Of a DNA stretch of 64,000 bases, positions 43,901 to 52,021 are shown one piece after another (the first letter of the stretch is position 1; every line of letters starts with the position of its first letter). The stretch is from a virus. Lineage: Duplodnaviria > Heunggongvirae > Uroviricota > Caudoviricetes. Position numbers and translations under genes: made by a program. The notes under the pieces were generated by a model. The model was not told the DNA's origin, did not search any database, and was given only the letters and a program-made list of their open reading frames with translations. The DNA is taken from IMG/VR virus record IMGVR_UViG_3300014205_008670, positions 1 to 64,000 of that record, one strand, 5' to 3'.

Positions 43901-46579
43901 GCTGGTGCTCTTCCTCCAGATATTGGTGGTGGTGCTGGTAGTTTTGCGGGTCCCGGTGCTGGTGCTGATACAGAAATGGCTCCAGATGATGAACTTTCTG
44001 GAGAAGAAACAGAGGTTAGTGGAGAATCAAAACCATTTGGTGCAATAAATCCATTTACTGGAAATGAAAATGTTGATGTTATTGACGGACACTATAGAGA
44101 TGCAGATACAGGTCTTGAGTGGGAAGCTGAAGTAAACATCAAAGTTTTAAATCCAGAAAAAGTAAAGGGACTTGATTTTGTTGAAGATGAGGGTGGTGTT
44201 GATGAGGGAGAAGGTGAGCCAGATACAGAAGGAATTAATAGTGAAATAGCTTCTCCTGAAGCTGAACCTGCTGCAATGCCGGGTGCTGGTGGTGGAGGAA
44301 TGTCTCCAACAAGTCCAATGGCAAGTGCTCCAAACTGGGTTAAAGATGCTCCTTTAAGACTTTCTATGTCTCTTAGTCCAAATATGTTTATGGGTAGCTA
44401 TCTAAAGACAGCTTCTTCAAAAACAAATATGAATCACCACAAACTTGGTCAAGTATGCCCACAATGTGGTTCTAAAGACAAGGTTGCTTTTAAGAATAGT
44501 GAAGGAAATTGTGGTAGTTGTGGTTGTAAAACATATGTTTCTACTAAAAAAGCAAAAAACGGAAAAGTTGATTCACATGTTTATATGCTACCAAATATTG
44601 AAAGATCAAATAAGAAAAATCCATGGGGTGGTCATGCTGTAACCGCAGAAGTTGAAAACAGAGAAGAAATTCAGAAAAATATTCATACAATTCTTTCTCA
44701 AAGAAAAGCTTTATTAAAGGCTGCTGCAACAATAGATCAAGATCCTTGGATTGCTTGTGTTTCAGATCAGGTTACTTCAGGTTATTCTGGAGATAATGCA
44801 ATTCAAATTTGTTCTTCAATAAGAGACATTCAACTTAAAAAGATTGCAATGGAAAGTGAAAATTCAAAAAATCCTTTTGAAAAGAAAGATAAAAAGAAAA
44901 ATGAGAAATCAGAAGACTCAAATGATGAAGAAACTGATAAATTAGAAGATTCTAATAAGTCAGATGATGTTGATTTTGAGGAGACAGAAGATAAGAGTAA
45001 GGATGATGATGTTGATTTCGAAAACGAATCTTCAGAAAGTGAAGTTGATGGTGAAGAATTAGGACTTGAAGATGAGTCTTCAGAAATAGAAGGTGAAGAA
45101 GACAATGTAGAATTCGAAAACGAAACTGAAGGTGAGGAAGTTGCGGATTCCTTTGGTGATGAATTCGAAGAAATAGAAGAGGATGATATGAATGCTGAAG
45201 TTGCAGAATTAGGTTCTCCAACTTCTATAAAAGTTACTCTTCAAGATGCTGAAGGGAAAACCGTTGAATTAGTTGCCGATGATGGTGGAATTACTGTTTC
45301 AGAACAAGAAGAAGTAGAAGGTGAAGTTGGAACAGAACCTGAATTTGGTGATGATTTTGGTGATGGTTTTGGAGAAGAAGGTGATTTAGAGGATGACATT
45401 GAAATTAATGATGTTGTGACTGATTCTGATGTTGAGGAAGATCCTCTTTCTTCAGTTTTTAGTGATGGGCTTGATAAGTTTGACGAAGAAGATTCAGAAG
45501 ATGAAGAAGAACCAAAAATGACATCTGCTGATATAATGGCTAAATCTCTTCAAACATCAGAACTTTTAAGAGGAGATAGAGTTGCATCTTCAAATAGAAG
45601 TGGTGGTGGATCTTTAGATATGGATATATTAGCTGCTGCTTTAGGATTCAAAAAAGAATCAACTCAGACTGTACCAACAGGAACTCCGGTAAAGGGTGTT
45701 TTGAGGGATGAATCAGTAGGAGTTTCAGATGAAGGCGGAAATGTTCATACCACAGAGCATGAAAATACAGCAAAGAAAAGAAATTCAATTGCAGACAGTT
45801 CTTTTAATGAAAAGGGAGTAGTTGATGGTTCTGGTCGTGGAGTTGAAGTTATAAAGGGTAGGGAAGGGCGTTTTTCTGGTTCAAACAAGGACGTTGTAGT
45901 TGCAAATGAAAAAACTAGTGACTGCAAGAAAAGAAAAGACGTTCATCCTGTAGATGAAACAGGTGGTGGAGAAAGAACTTCAAAAGAAAAACAAATGGCA
46001 AAACAGTTTAAAGGATCTACTGAACCTAAAGAGAAAAAAGAAGCTTCTAAGAATGTTAAGGCTCAATCACAAGCAAAACAAACTGAACCAACCGATGTCG
46101 GTGATGGAGAAAAGGGTGGTGAAAAAATTAAAACACCACGAAATACTTCAAAATCAAAGCCAGAAGAAATTGAAGGAAGAAAGGATGTAAAGTCACCATT
46201 AAAGGTTCGTAAAGACAATTATGGAAAGGGTTCTGAGGGTAAGAATCTTCATACCGATATTGTTCCTAGAGACAAAGGTGGTGATGGTCTTGGTGGAAAG
46301 GCAGTAACTTTCGAGAAAGAAAATTCAGAAAGTGCAACTTCTGGAAATCCTGATACATATGTTCAGAAATTCCAATCTGACAGTTACATTAAACCAACTT
46401 CATATGGAAAAGAAGAAAACCATGCAACAAGTGGTCCAAATACAGCATCGTCTTTGGCAATTAAAAAGGTAGCAAGTGAGAACGGAATAAAGAATCTTAA
46501 AAATCTTGAAGCAGTAGATTTCGGAGGCTTTATTGTTGTTAGAGACTTAAAAAACGGAAATACATTTAGAGTAGAATAA
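40949..46579 (+). CDS. giant virion morphogenesis protein (1876 aa): N-terminal region with a zinc ribbon that sits in the protease/scaffold slot, long acidic and Gly/Pro-rich low-complexity tracts, C-terminal module paralogous to the next gene
   Basis: RBS AAGGGAG. Position between portal and capsid. Asp/Glu-rich segment 44900-45500. Gly/Ala/Pro tracts. The C-terminal ~110 aa repeat in the 46758 gene. Confidence 0.7.
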   Translation: MSFIKKAKIQFTNSSSLADIVKGSCMEDVILYNPRTAFIKHDISKNLIQAENSLDIVAELEQRDPDEWVLFRARAIDAGGSEKTGEHYHGANDNGDYFSEEELLKVFAKDSNGRQVRSFETFINCPVFTNHQNTDIEKARGKIINAFYDKDNHCVYIDGLVDAKAYPELARGIREGYISDVSMGASVKSSSCSICGHEAENEKTYCTHIKNNKGKKIGGKPVYEINHGIKFIELSAVTDGACDNCTIQSAYSGSEFLKKLDETVRKGNSFLSSIKNASSDSTIKVARGEDVDKLNKALDLLKEVAEQILGSKDVDFEFLEDIGSLLAELQNLIVDLVEAGFANQSQGGGVPTNPMGEGVQKGLNTETQTETPPAPAEIPPTTSPPQPSPVGLEAQLPLAVSSPVEKNIKNSNKIKGLKTINQELVKLQESINRFKMELKSGENVMASSKELKRIQTTNKISEKFDKLLETQASMNLPIIISEGPYSVKIDFEKGITGYVGKEVVASISNEELEEKALENIKENPSVLAGRLIEKMAKKYNQNGEIKMAGEKLDIKEALQTNAPPQEQVQEGQLEDLSGNWSRKNDVSEATGQLGVTTQKQLDNVPKSSETGKGDWNRVRPEGVKENLQVTEGQLDNPTNPSKLNSERKESGVAKAEGQHSQVQEGQLGDKSLNFGSERWQDDTAAGDFIPVTENQFEGKDRQGTAINEVPEGQLKNYRQGPDVANSKSASIPARVVNAMINGMADAVLKEHVSPKVVAATKVGINDLLVDTNNRLAPYIKASIGSNMKLASPYLEDAISVLYEDKDYLQKKIASYVDAKIENLKKLASGVGQKTRFEVLREAFRKESERSAFSIDASVLSNLFPGVSDFTNLDEKMIKQKFLESNPGSKLLGFRKVDGGFIAELETDKNKPSEVQNNVSEQVPNLDSNSQDVSIGVGQETMNTNEEIPVSAEAIKKLKALAMQKKAQNPAGTTLPPAGGAPAGGAGALPPDIGGGAGSFAGPGAGADTEMAPDDELSGEETEVSGESKPFGAINPFTGNENVDVIDGHYRDADTGLEWEAEVNIKVLNPEKVKGLDFVEDEGGVDEGEGEPDTEGINSEIASPEAEPAAMPGAGGGGMSPTSPMASAPNWVKDAPLRLSMSLSPNMFMGSYLKTASSKTNMNHHKLGQVCPQCGSKDKVAFKNSEGNCGSCGCKTYVSTKKAKNGKVDSHVYMLPNIERSNKKNPWGGHAVTAEVENREEIQKNIHTILSQRKALLKAAATIDQDPWIACVSDQVTSGYSGDNAIQICSSIRDIQLKKIAMESENSKNPFEKKDKKKNEKSEDSNDEETDKLEDSNKSDDVDFEETEDKSKDDDVDFENESSESEVDGEELGLEDESSEIEGEEDNVEFENETEGEEVADSFGDEFEEIEEDDMNAEVAELGSPTSIKVTLQDAEGKTVELVADDGGITVSEQEEVEGEVGTEPEFGDDFGDGFGEEGDLEDDIEINDVVTDSDVEEDPLSSVFSDGLDKFDEEDSEDEEEPKMTSADIMAKSLQTSELLRGDRVASSNRSGGGSLDMDILAAALGFKKESTQTVPTGTPVKGVLRDESVGVSDEGGNVHTTEHENTAKKRNSIADSSFNEKGVVDGSGRGVEVIKGREGRFSGSNKDVVVANEKTSDCKKRKDVHPVDETGGGERTSKEKQMAKQFKGSTEPKEKKEASKNVKAQSQAKQTEPTDVGDGEKGGEKIKTPRNTSKSKPEEIEGRKDVKSPLKVRKDNYGKGSEGKNLHTDIVPRDKGGDGLGGKAVTFEKENSESATSGNPDTYVQKFQSDSYIKPTSYGKEENHATSGPNTASSLAIKKVASENGIKNLKNLEAVDFGGFIVVRDLKNGNTFRVE
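46060..46400 (+). repeat. diverged direct repeat, copy 1 (paralogous coding module); copy 2 at ~47010..47340
   Basis: Nucleotide similarity is visible (e.g. gctcaatcacaagcaaaacaaactgaacca vs gctcaatcacaagcgaaacaaactgagcct), along with the aligned peptide modules. Confidence 0.6.
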
Positions 46580-46588
46580 TGTTTTACA

Positions 46589-46622
46589 AGAGGGAGATCT
46601 TAGGGTCTCCCTCTTTATTTAA
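46589..46622 (+). terminator. intrinsic terminator
   Basis: AGAGGGAGA-loop-TCTCCCTCT stem, followed by TTTATTTAAAAAAAAG. Confidence 0.55.
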
Positions 46623-46757
46623 AAAAAAGAAAAAAAAGTTTAAAAAAATAAAGGTGTAAATTCAATTGTTAGAGTATTTAGATATTACAAAATGTTAAAA
46701 ATATTCAAATCGCAACAACATGGTGTAGCTCAAAAAAAATGAGGAGAACAAGATAGA

Positions 46758-48092
46758 ATGAAAAAAATTAGTATGTTTTCAGATGGCGCAATTGTTGTTG
46801 CTGAGGATAATAATGTTCGCAAGGCAAATAAGAAAGAGATTTCTGACTTTTTAAAAACCGCCTCTGAAGAACAAACATCAAAGTATCTTACTGGTTTATT
46901 TCCAAAAGAACATGAAGGGAACAAGCTAACACACGTTATGCTAGAGAAAGAAAATGGTTATGCATACGGTAAGTATGCAGATACTTCTAAGCTTTTGAAA
47001 ATTAAGGTTTTAGCTCAATCACAAGCGAAACAAACTGAGCCTGTAAACTCAGTTGAGAAATCAGATCCCGATCTTGAAATTCCAAGAGATGAAAGCAAGG
47101 GGAAACCACAAGAGTTTAAAGCAAGAGAAGATGTAAATTCTCCTGCTGAAGTTAGAAAAGATAATTATAAAGTAGGTCCTGATAGTAAGAATCTTCATAC
47201 AAATAAAGTTCCTAGAGATAAGAGTGGTGATGGACTTGATGGAGAATCTGTTTCTTTTGAGAAAGAAAACGCATTAGAAGCAACTTCAGGAAAACCAGAT
47301 ACATATGTTCAAGAGTATTCAGAAAATGAAAAACCAGAAAGTGCTGGTTCTAAAGAAAATCATGTAGCTGCATCAACAAAACCTTTAAATGTAAAGGTTA
47401 AACATGCAGGAGAAAATCTTCATCTAAATTTAGTTGCAAAAAAAGAAGAAGATAAGAAAGAAGATGAAAAAGAAAACAAAAACGACCACAAAACAGATGA
47501 TAAAAAAGATGAAAAAAAGGACAAGTCTAAGAAAAATCTTCCGCCTTGGTTAAAGAAAGATAAAGACGAAGACGAAGATGATTCAGAAAAGACAGGCGAA
47601 GAAAAAGACGCATCAACAAACGAAGTGGTTGAATTGAATAAAAAGCTTGCAGAAGTTACTAAAGAACTTCAAAAGCTTGAAAGAGAGATCAATAATAGAA
47701 AAGTCGCAGAAGCTAGGCGTGAAGCAGCTATAGGATTAGTTTTAGCCTATAGAGACAGACAGCCTGAAAAGTATGTTACCGCAGAATCATTTAATTCAAA
47801 AGTCACAGAGATCTCGAAAAAAATGAGTGTCGAAGCAATAGATTCGGCTCTTGAGGAGTTTGGAACGTTAATTTTAGCAGAAACAGAAAGACAAAAAAAG
47901 GTTGCTCAAACCCAAACGGGTAATGAACCAGTTTCACTTTCACATTCACTAACATTCCCTCATTCGAATTATAAATTTGCCTCAGACTCAGCAGACAGTA
48001 ACGATTTAGCATCAATTTTGATGTCAAACACAACCCTTGGAAGAAAGGTAGCCAATATGGACCTTTATCACCAAGACCAATCTAACGAATAA
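46758..48092 (+). CDS. scaffold-like protein with coiled-coil region; N-terminal module paralogous to the C-terminus of the preceding giant protein
   Basis: AQSQAKQTEP...VRKDNY...KNLHT...VPRDK.GDGL...FEKEN...ATSG.PDTYVQ is shared with the 1876-aa protein. Followed by a charged coiled coil (KLAEVTKELQKLEREINNRKVAEARREAA). Confidence 0.55.
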   Translation: MKKISMFSDGAIVVAEDNNVRKANKKEISDFLKTASEEQTSKYLTGLFPKEHEGNKLTHVMLEKENGYAYGKYADTSKLLKIKVLAQSQAKQTEPVNSVEKSDPDLEIPRDESKGKPQEFKAREDVNSPAEVRKDNYKVGPDSKNLHTNKVPRDKSGDGLDGESVSFEKENALEATSGKPDTYVQEYSENEKPESAGSKENHVAASTKPLNVKVKHAGENLHLNLVAKKEEDKKEDEKENKNDHKTDDKKDEKKDKSKKNLPPWLKKDKDEDEDDSEKTGEEKDASTNEVVELNKKLAEVTKELQKLEREINNRKVAEARREAAIGLVLAYRDRQPEKYVTAESFNSKVTEISKKMSVEAIDSALEEFGTLILAETERQKKVAQTQTGNEPVSLSHSLTFPHSNYKFASDSADSNDLASILMSNTTLGRKVANMDLYHQDQSNE

Positions 48093-48130
48093 GAACTACT
48101 ACAAAATAAAGCTAGTGGAGGAAATATAAA

Positions 48131-48721
48131 ATGCTTATTCCGATTTATCGAGTTATATCAAGTCAGTTCCCAGTAGACACCCTTACAGGTGATGTTGAAA
48201 TGGGGTTTGTTGTAGGACTTGCTACCAATAGCGCCGGATTAACTGTTGTTAGAAAAACAGATTTAGGTGCTGCTGGTAACAATGTTGCCAATATAATTGG
48301 TATTGCAGGAGATAGAAAAAGAGCATCAGAAGCCTATGAGTGGGTTAATAGACTTTCTGATTCTGGTGACGAAACTGCTGGTAGTGGTAAAATAACTGTC
48401 TATCATGGTGGTGGTGAATTCTGGGTAGACGTTGATGATGCAGCTATCACAACCCCTCTTGGTACTGCTATTGAAGGTGTTATTTCAAGTGCAGCTTCCT
48501 TAACTATTGGTTCAAAGCTTTATGGTTGTACTGATAATGGAACTACTAAACTTGCTGGTCAGATGGACAGTGTAAGTAGTGGTGATGCTGTTGCACAGGT
48601 ATTAAGTGCTGCTGTTACATTAGAATCAGGTATTCCTGGCGAATACGAACCCGGATCAAGTGTTGCCTATGCTGATCCTTCAGACCCAAGAACTTGGGTT
48701 CAGATCAAATTGCTTGTGTAA
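48131..48721 (+). CDS. putative capsid decoration/structural protein
   Basis: Gly/Ala/Thr-rich beta-type composition. Higher GC. Directly upstream of the capsid-like gene. Confidence 0.45.
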   Translation: MLIPIYRVISSQFPVDTLTGDVEMGFVVGLATNSAGLTVVRKTDLGAAGNNVANIIGIAGDRKRASEAYEWVNRLSDSGDETAGSGKITVYHGGGEFWVDVDDAAITTPLGTAIEGVISSAASLTIGSKLYGCTDNGTTKLAGQMDSVSSGDAVAQVLSAAVTLESGIPGEYEPGSSVAYADPSDPRTWVQIKLLV

Positions 48722-48756
48722 AAACAGCTAAATTCATTTAAAGGAGAAAACTAAAA

Positions 48757-49623
48757 ATGAGTATTATAAAGAATACTGCTAACGAGTACAACAGAGAGTT
48801 ACTCATTGCACAGGCACTTGAAACCCCAGAAGGTCGAGTTGCTTTAGCGCAAGCTATGGTTGAGCCAATCAAGAGAGCTTTAGAATATCAAGCAATTGGT
48901 AGAAAGTTACTCATGGTTGATGAGCTTCCACAGGGTGCTCTTGCACGTTACGAGAAGGATGTTGCATCAACTGCTTACGTCGTTTCAAGACGAGGCGGAG
49001 TTCGTGATCGTATCGTTGAAGGTGAAGAAGTTTTGGTTCCAACATGGGAAATCGCTGCTAATCCACAGATTAGACTAAGCGAAATCAAAGCACGTAGATT
49101 CTACATTGTTGATCGTGCCCAAATGAAAGCCAAAGAAGCTATTCAGAAACAAGAAGATACTGAAATCTTGGGTGATATTGAAGCTGCTGTTCGTGCAGAT
49201 CAAACCGTTACTCAGTCTGGAGACCTTAGTATCGCCTCCCTTAACTATGCATTCTCAACTGTTGAGTCTCACGACCTAACCGTTGCAAAAATAGTTATGC
49301 ACCCACAGCAATACGCAGACGTTAGACTTTTTGGTCGTGACGTTTTCGATGAAGCAACCCGTAGAGATGTTTTGATGTCTGGTTTGTTTGGACATCTTTG
49401 GACAGCAGACATTCACGTTTCGCATAGAGTTCCAAGAGGTTCTGTTTATCTCTTAGCTCCTGCTGAATTCGTTGGTGCAATCCCAGTTAGACAAGATATT
49501 ACCGTTCTACCTGCTGATGATCCAAAGAATTTGAGACTTGGATGGGTAATCTATGAAGAGTTGGGTGTCGTAGTCATTAACGATTATTCAATCGCAAAGG
49601 TAAATCTTACCTCAACCAGCTAA
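48757..49623 (+). CDS. major capsid protein-like (small HK97-fold candidate)
   Basis: Strong RBS AAAGGAGAA. Elevated GC/codon bias typical of a highly expressed gene. Last gene of the portal-scaffold string. Followed by the strongest terminator in the window. No motif-level proof. Confidence 0.5.
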   Translation: MSIIKNTANEYNRELLIAQALETPEGRVALAQAMVEPIKRALEYQAIGRKLLMVDELPQGALARYEKDVASTAYVVSRRGGVRDRIVEGEEVLVPTWEIAANPQIRLSEIKARRFYIVDRAQMKAKEAIQKQEDTEILGDIEAAVRADQTVTQSGDLSIASLNYAFSTVESHDLTVAKIVMHPQQYADVRLFGRDVFDEATRRDVLMSGLFGHLWTADIHVSHRVPRGSVYLLAPAEFVGAIPVRQDITVLPADDPKNLRLGWVIYEELGVVVINDYSIAKVNLTSTS

Positions 49624-49657
49624 TAAATAGCTGAAAACATTAGACTTAAAGAATTGT

Positions 49658-49691
49658 GGGCAGGAATTAATTTTCCTGCCCATTCTTTTTT
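49658..49691 (+). terminator. strong rho-independent terminator
   Basis: GGGCAGGAA-ttaatt-TTCCTGCCC, followed by ATTCTTTTTTG. Confidence 0.75.
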
Positions 49692-49809
49692 GTATAAAAA
49701 CAAACAAGTTATAGACCCGCAAATTTTTCATATTTCGAATGAGCTACAGCGAGTGGTAGCTAACGACTATGTTTGATCTTTATGTTTTTTAAAAAAACAA
49801 TTTGTTTTT

Positions 49810-49850
49810 GGCCAACTTAAGTTGAACACTAGCCATAGTTCGTCGTACAT
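49810..49850 (+). promoter_or_regulatory. candidate promoter (TTTTGGCCA element, palindrome CAACTTAAGTTG, -35 TTGAAC, -10 TACAT)
   Basis: TTTTTGGCCAACTTAAGTTGAAC-17nt-GTACATTAT. Shares CCATAGTT and CGTCGTACAT strings with the 18514 promoter region. Confidence 0.3.
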
Positions 49851-49899
49851 TATTATTAGTTTTGTTTTACGGACATCATGTAGTTTAAAGGATTCAAAA

Positions 49900-52020
49900 A
49901 TGTTTAAGTGTCTTATTTGCGAGAAAAATGGAATAGAAATATATAAAAAAAATTTAGTTCCACATATATTAAGCTTTCACAAAGAGCTTAAGGATGGAAC
50001 AAAAACCTACATAGATATGTTTCCCGGATCAAAGCTAAGAGAAGCCCCTAAAACAAGTTATGGAAATAAAAGTTTTAGAGATATGTGTGTAGATAAATCT
50101 GTAAAATCAAGAATTGGAAAAAATTTATCAGAAGAACATAAATTAAAAATTGGGTCTTCAAATAAAGAAAGTTTAAAGTATTTAGAAAGTCGAAAAATAT
50201 TATCTGAAAAATTTAAAACTGGTGAATTAATTAATTGTAGAAAAAAATATATTGACAAAAACGTTCTTGAAAATCTATACCTCAACGAATTAAAGTCTAT
50301 AAATGAAATTTCAACAATTTTAAATATAGGAAGAGATATTATATCAAATGAGCTTTCACGTCATGAGATAGTAAAAAGAAATAGATCGTCTTCTATGAAA
50401 ATAAAACATTCAAAAGAAGATAGCATTTCATTAAGCAAGCAAGAAATTGATGTGATAACAGGACAGTTGCTGGGAGATGGGTGTCTTAGAAAAGGTAAAG
50501 GAATAACCCCACAATACATTCAAAGTTGTAAATATATTGATTTTTTACTTTGGATAAAAAGCTTACTTCCAAGTGTTGTTTGGTCGGAGAATGCAATAAC
50601 TCTTGGAAAAATTACAAATTGTGGAAGTAGATATTTTAGTTTAAACTCAAAAACACATCAAGATTTTTTAAATATTCACAGTAAGTTTTATTATTATAAT
50701 ACAAATAAAAAAAAAATGAAAAAAAAGATACCAATTGATTTAAAAATAAATGAAACAATATTATTGCATTGGTTTTTGGGTGATGGACATTCTTATATTG
50801 GAAAGGACAATTCAAAAGAGATAGCTATTTCTGCTTGTGATTTTAATGAAGATGATTTAGAAAGAATTGTAATACCTCAAATAATAAATATGGGTATTAA
50901 TTGCAGGGTTAAAAAAAGAAAACAGGGACCTGTTATAAAATTTTATGCCGAATCTTATGAGAATTTTTATAAAAAGATTGGAATAAAATCTCCAGTTGCC
51001 TGTTATTCTTATAAATTTGAAATGGTTGAAAAACTATTTCCTCATCTTTTAGAAAACATAAAAGAAGAAATTATTGTAGCCTCTTCAGAAGAATCTTTTA
51101 ATAATTACAGAGCTAATGGATTTCCTTTCATCAAAATGTCATCTGAAAATAAACTTAACAGTTTCAAAAATTTGATAGATTTAGATGTTTCTAATTTACT
51201 TGAGTTAGATGTAATAAAAATAAATAGAGTTGGTCTTAAACTTGCCAACTATTACCATCCGCAAATATTTAATATAAAAACAAAAAATTCAGAATATAGT
51301 CCATTAGATATTTTTCAAAATGACTTGTTGTTAAAAAAAATTACCGAAGATTTAAAAGAAAAATATAACATAATAAAAGATTCCGATGTTAGATCTAGGT
51401 GTAGGTATATTTCAAATAGTATGATAATGAATTTTAGACCAACTATAGCAAAGTTTATAACAAAAATGTTTACTGATAAAAAATCTGTTGTTTTAGATCC
51501 TTGTGCTGGATTTGGAGGAAGATTACTAGGATGTACTTCGTGCGAAGAACGAGAATATATTGGTATTGATCCTGAATATACCGTTATAAAAAATCTTGAA
51601 AGGATGAGTGTTGATCTTGGAATAGAAAATAGAATAAAACTATTCAATTTGTCATATGAAAATTTTGAATATAATAAAGAGTCTATAGATTTAATTTTAA
51701 CTTCACCACCATATTATGATCTAGAGCACTACAATCAAAACGATCCAGAACAAAGTAATATTAAATATAAAACTTATGAAGAATGGAAAAACGGATTTCT
51801 ATCTAACCTAATAGAAAAATCTTATAGTTTACTAAAAAACAAATGTTATTTTTGTATTAATTTAAAAAATACAGAATATCCAATTGCAGATGATTTTTTT
51901 CAACTATCTTGTAAACTATTTGATCATATAACTACATATAGAATTGAATTTGAATCCGGCGCCATAAAAAATAACGAATATAGATATGAACAGTTATTTA
52001 TTTTTAAAAAAGGAAGTTAA
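49900..52020 (+). CDS. LAGLIDADG homing-endonuclease-like / DNA methyltransferase fusion protein
   Basis: N-terminal C2H2-like finger. NUMOD3-like KSRIGKNLSEEHKLKI. LAGLIDADG-type motifs QLLGDGCL and FLGDGHSY. C-terminal MTase motif I LDPCAGFGG and motif IV TSPPYYD. Start moved to the ATG at 49900, which has an AAAGGA RBS. Confidence 0.6.
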   Translation: MFKCLICEKNGIEIYKKNLVPHILSFHKELKDGTKTYIDMFPGSKLREAPKTSYGNKSFRDMCVDKSVKSRIGKNLSEEHKLKIGSSNKESLKYLESRKILSEKFKTGELINCRKKYIDKNVLENLYLNELKSINEISTILNIGRDIISNELSRHEIVKRNRSSSMKIKHSKEDSISLSKQEIDVITGQLLGDGCLRKGKGITPQYIQSCKYIDFLLWIKSLLPSVVWSENAITLGKITNCGSRYFSLNSKTHQDFLNIHSKFYYYNTNKKKMKKKIPIDLKINETILLHWFLGDGHSYIGKDNSKEIAISACDFNEDDLERIVIPQIINMGINCRVKKRKQGPVIKFYAESYENFYKKIGIKSPVACYSYKFEMVEKLFPHLLENIKEEIIVASSEESFNNYRANGFPFIKMSSENKLNSFKNLIDLDVSNLLELDVIKINRVGLKLANYYHPQIFNIKTKNSEYSPLDIFQNDLLLKKITEDLKEKYNIIKDSDVRSRCRYISNSMIMNFRPTIAKFITKMFTDKKSVVLDPCAGFGGRLLGCTSCEEREYIGIDPEYTVIKNLERMSVDLGIENRIKLFNLSYENFEYNKESIDLILTSPPYYDLEHYNQNDPEQSNIKYKTYEEWKNGFLSNLIEKSYSLLKNKCYFCINLKNTEYPIADDFFQLSCKLFDHITTYRIEFESGAIKNNEYRYEQLFIFKKGS

Positions 52021-52021
52021 A

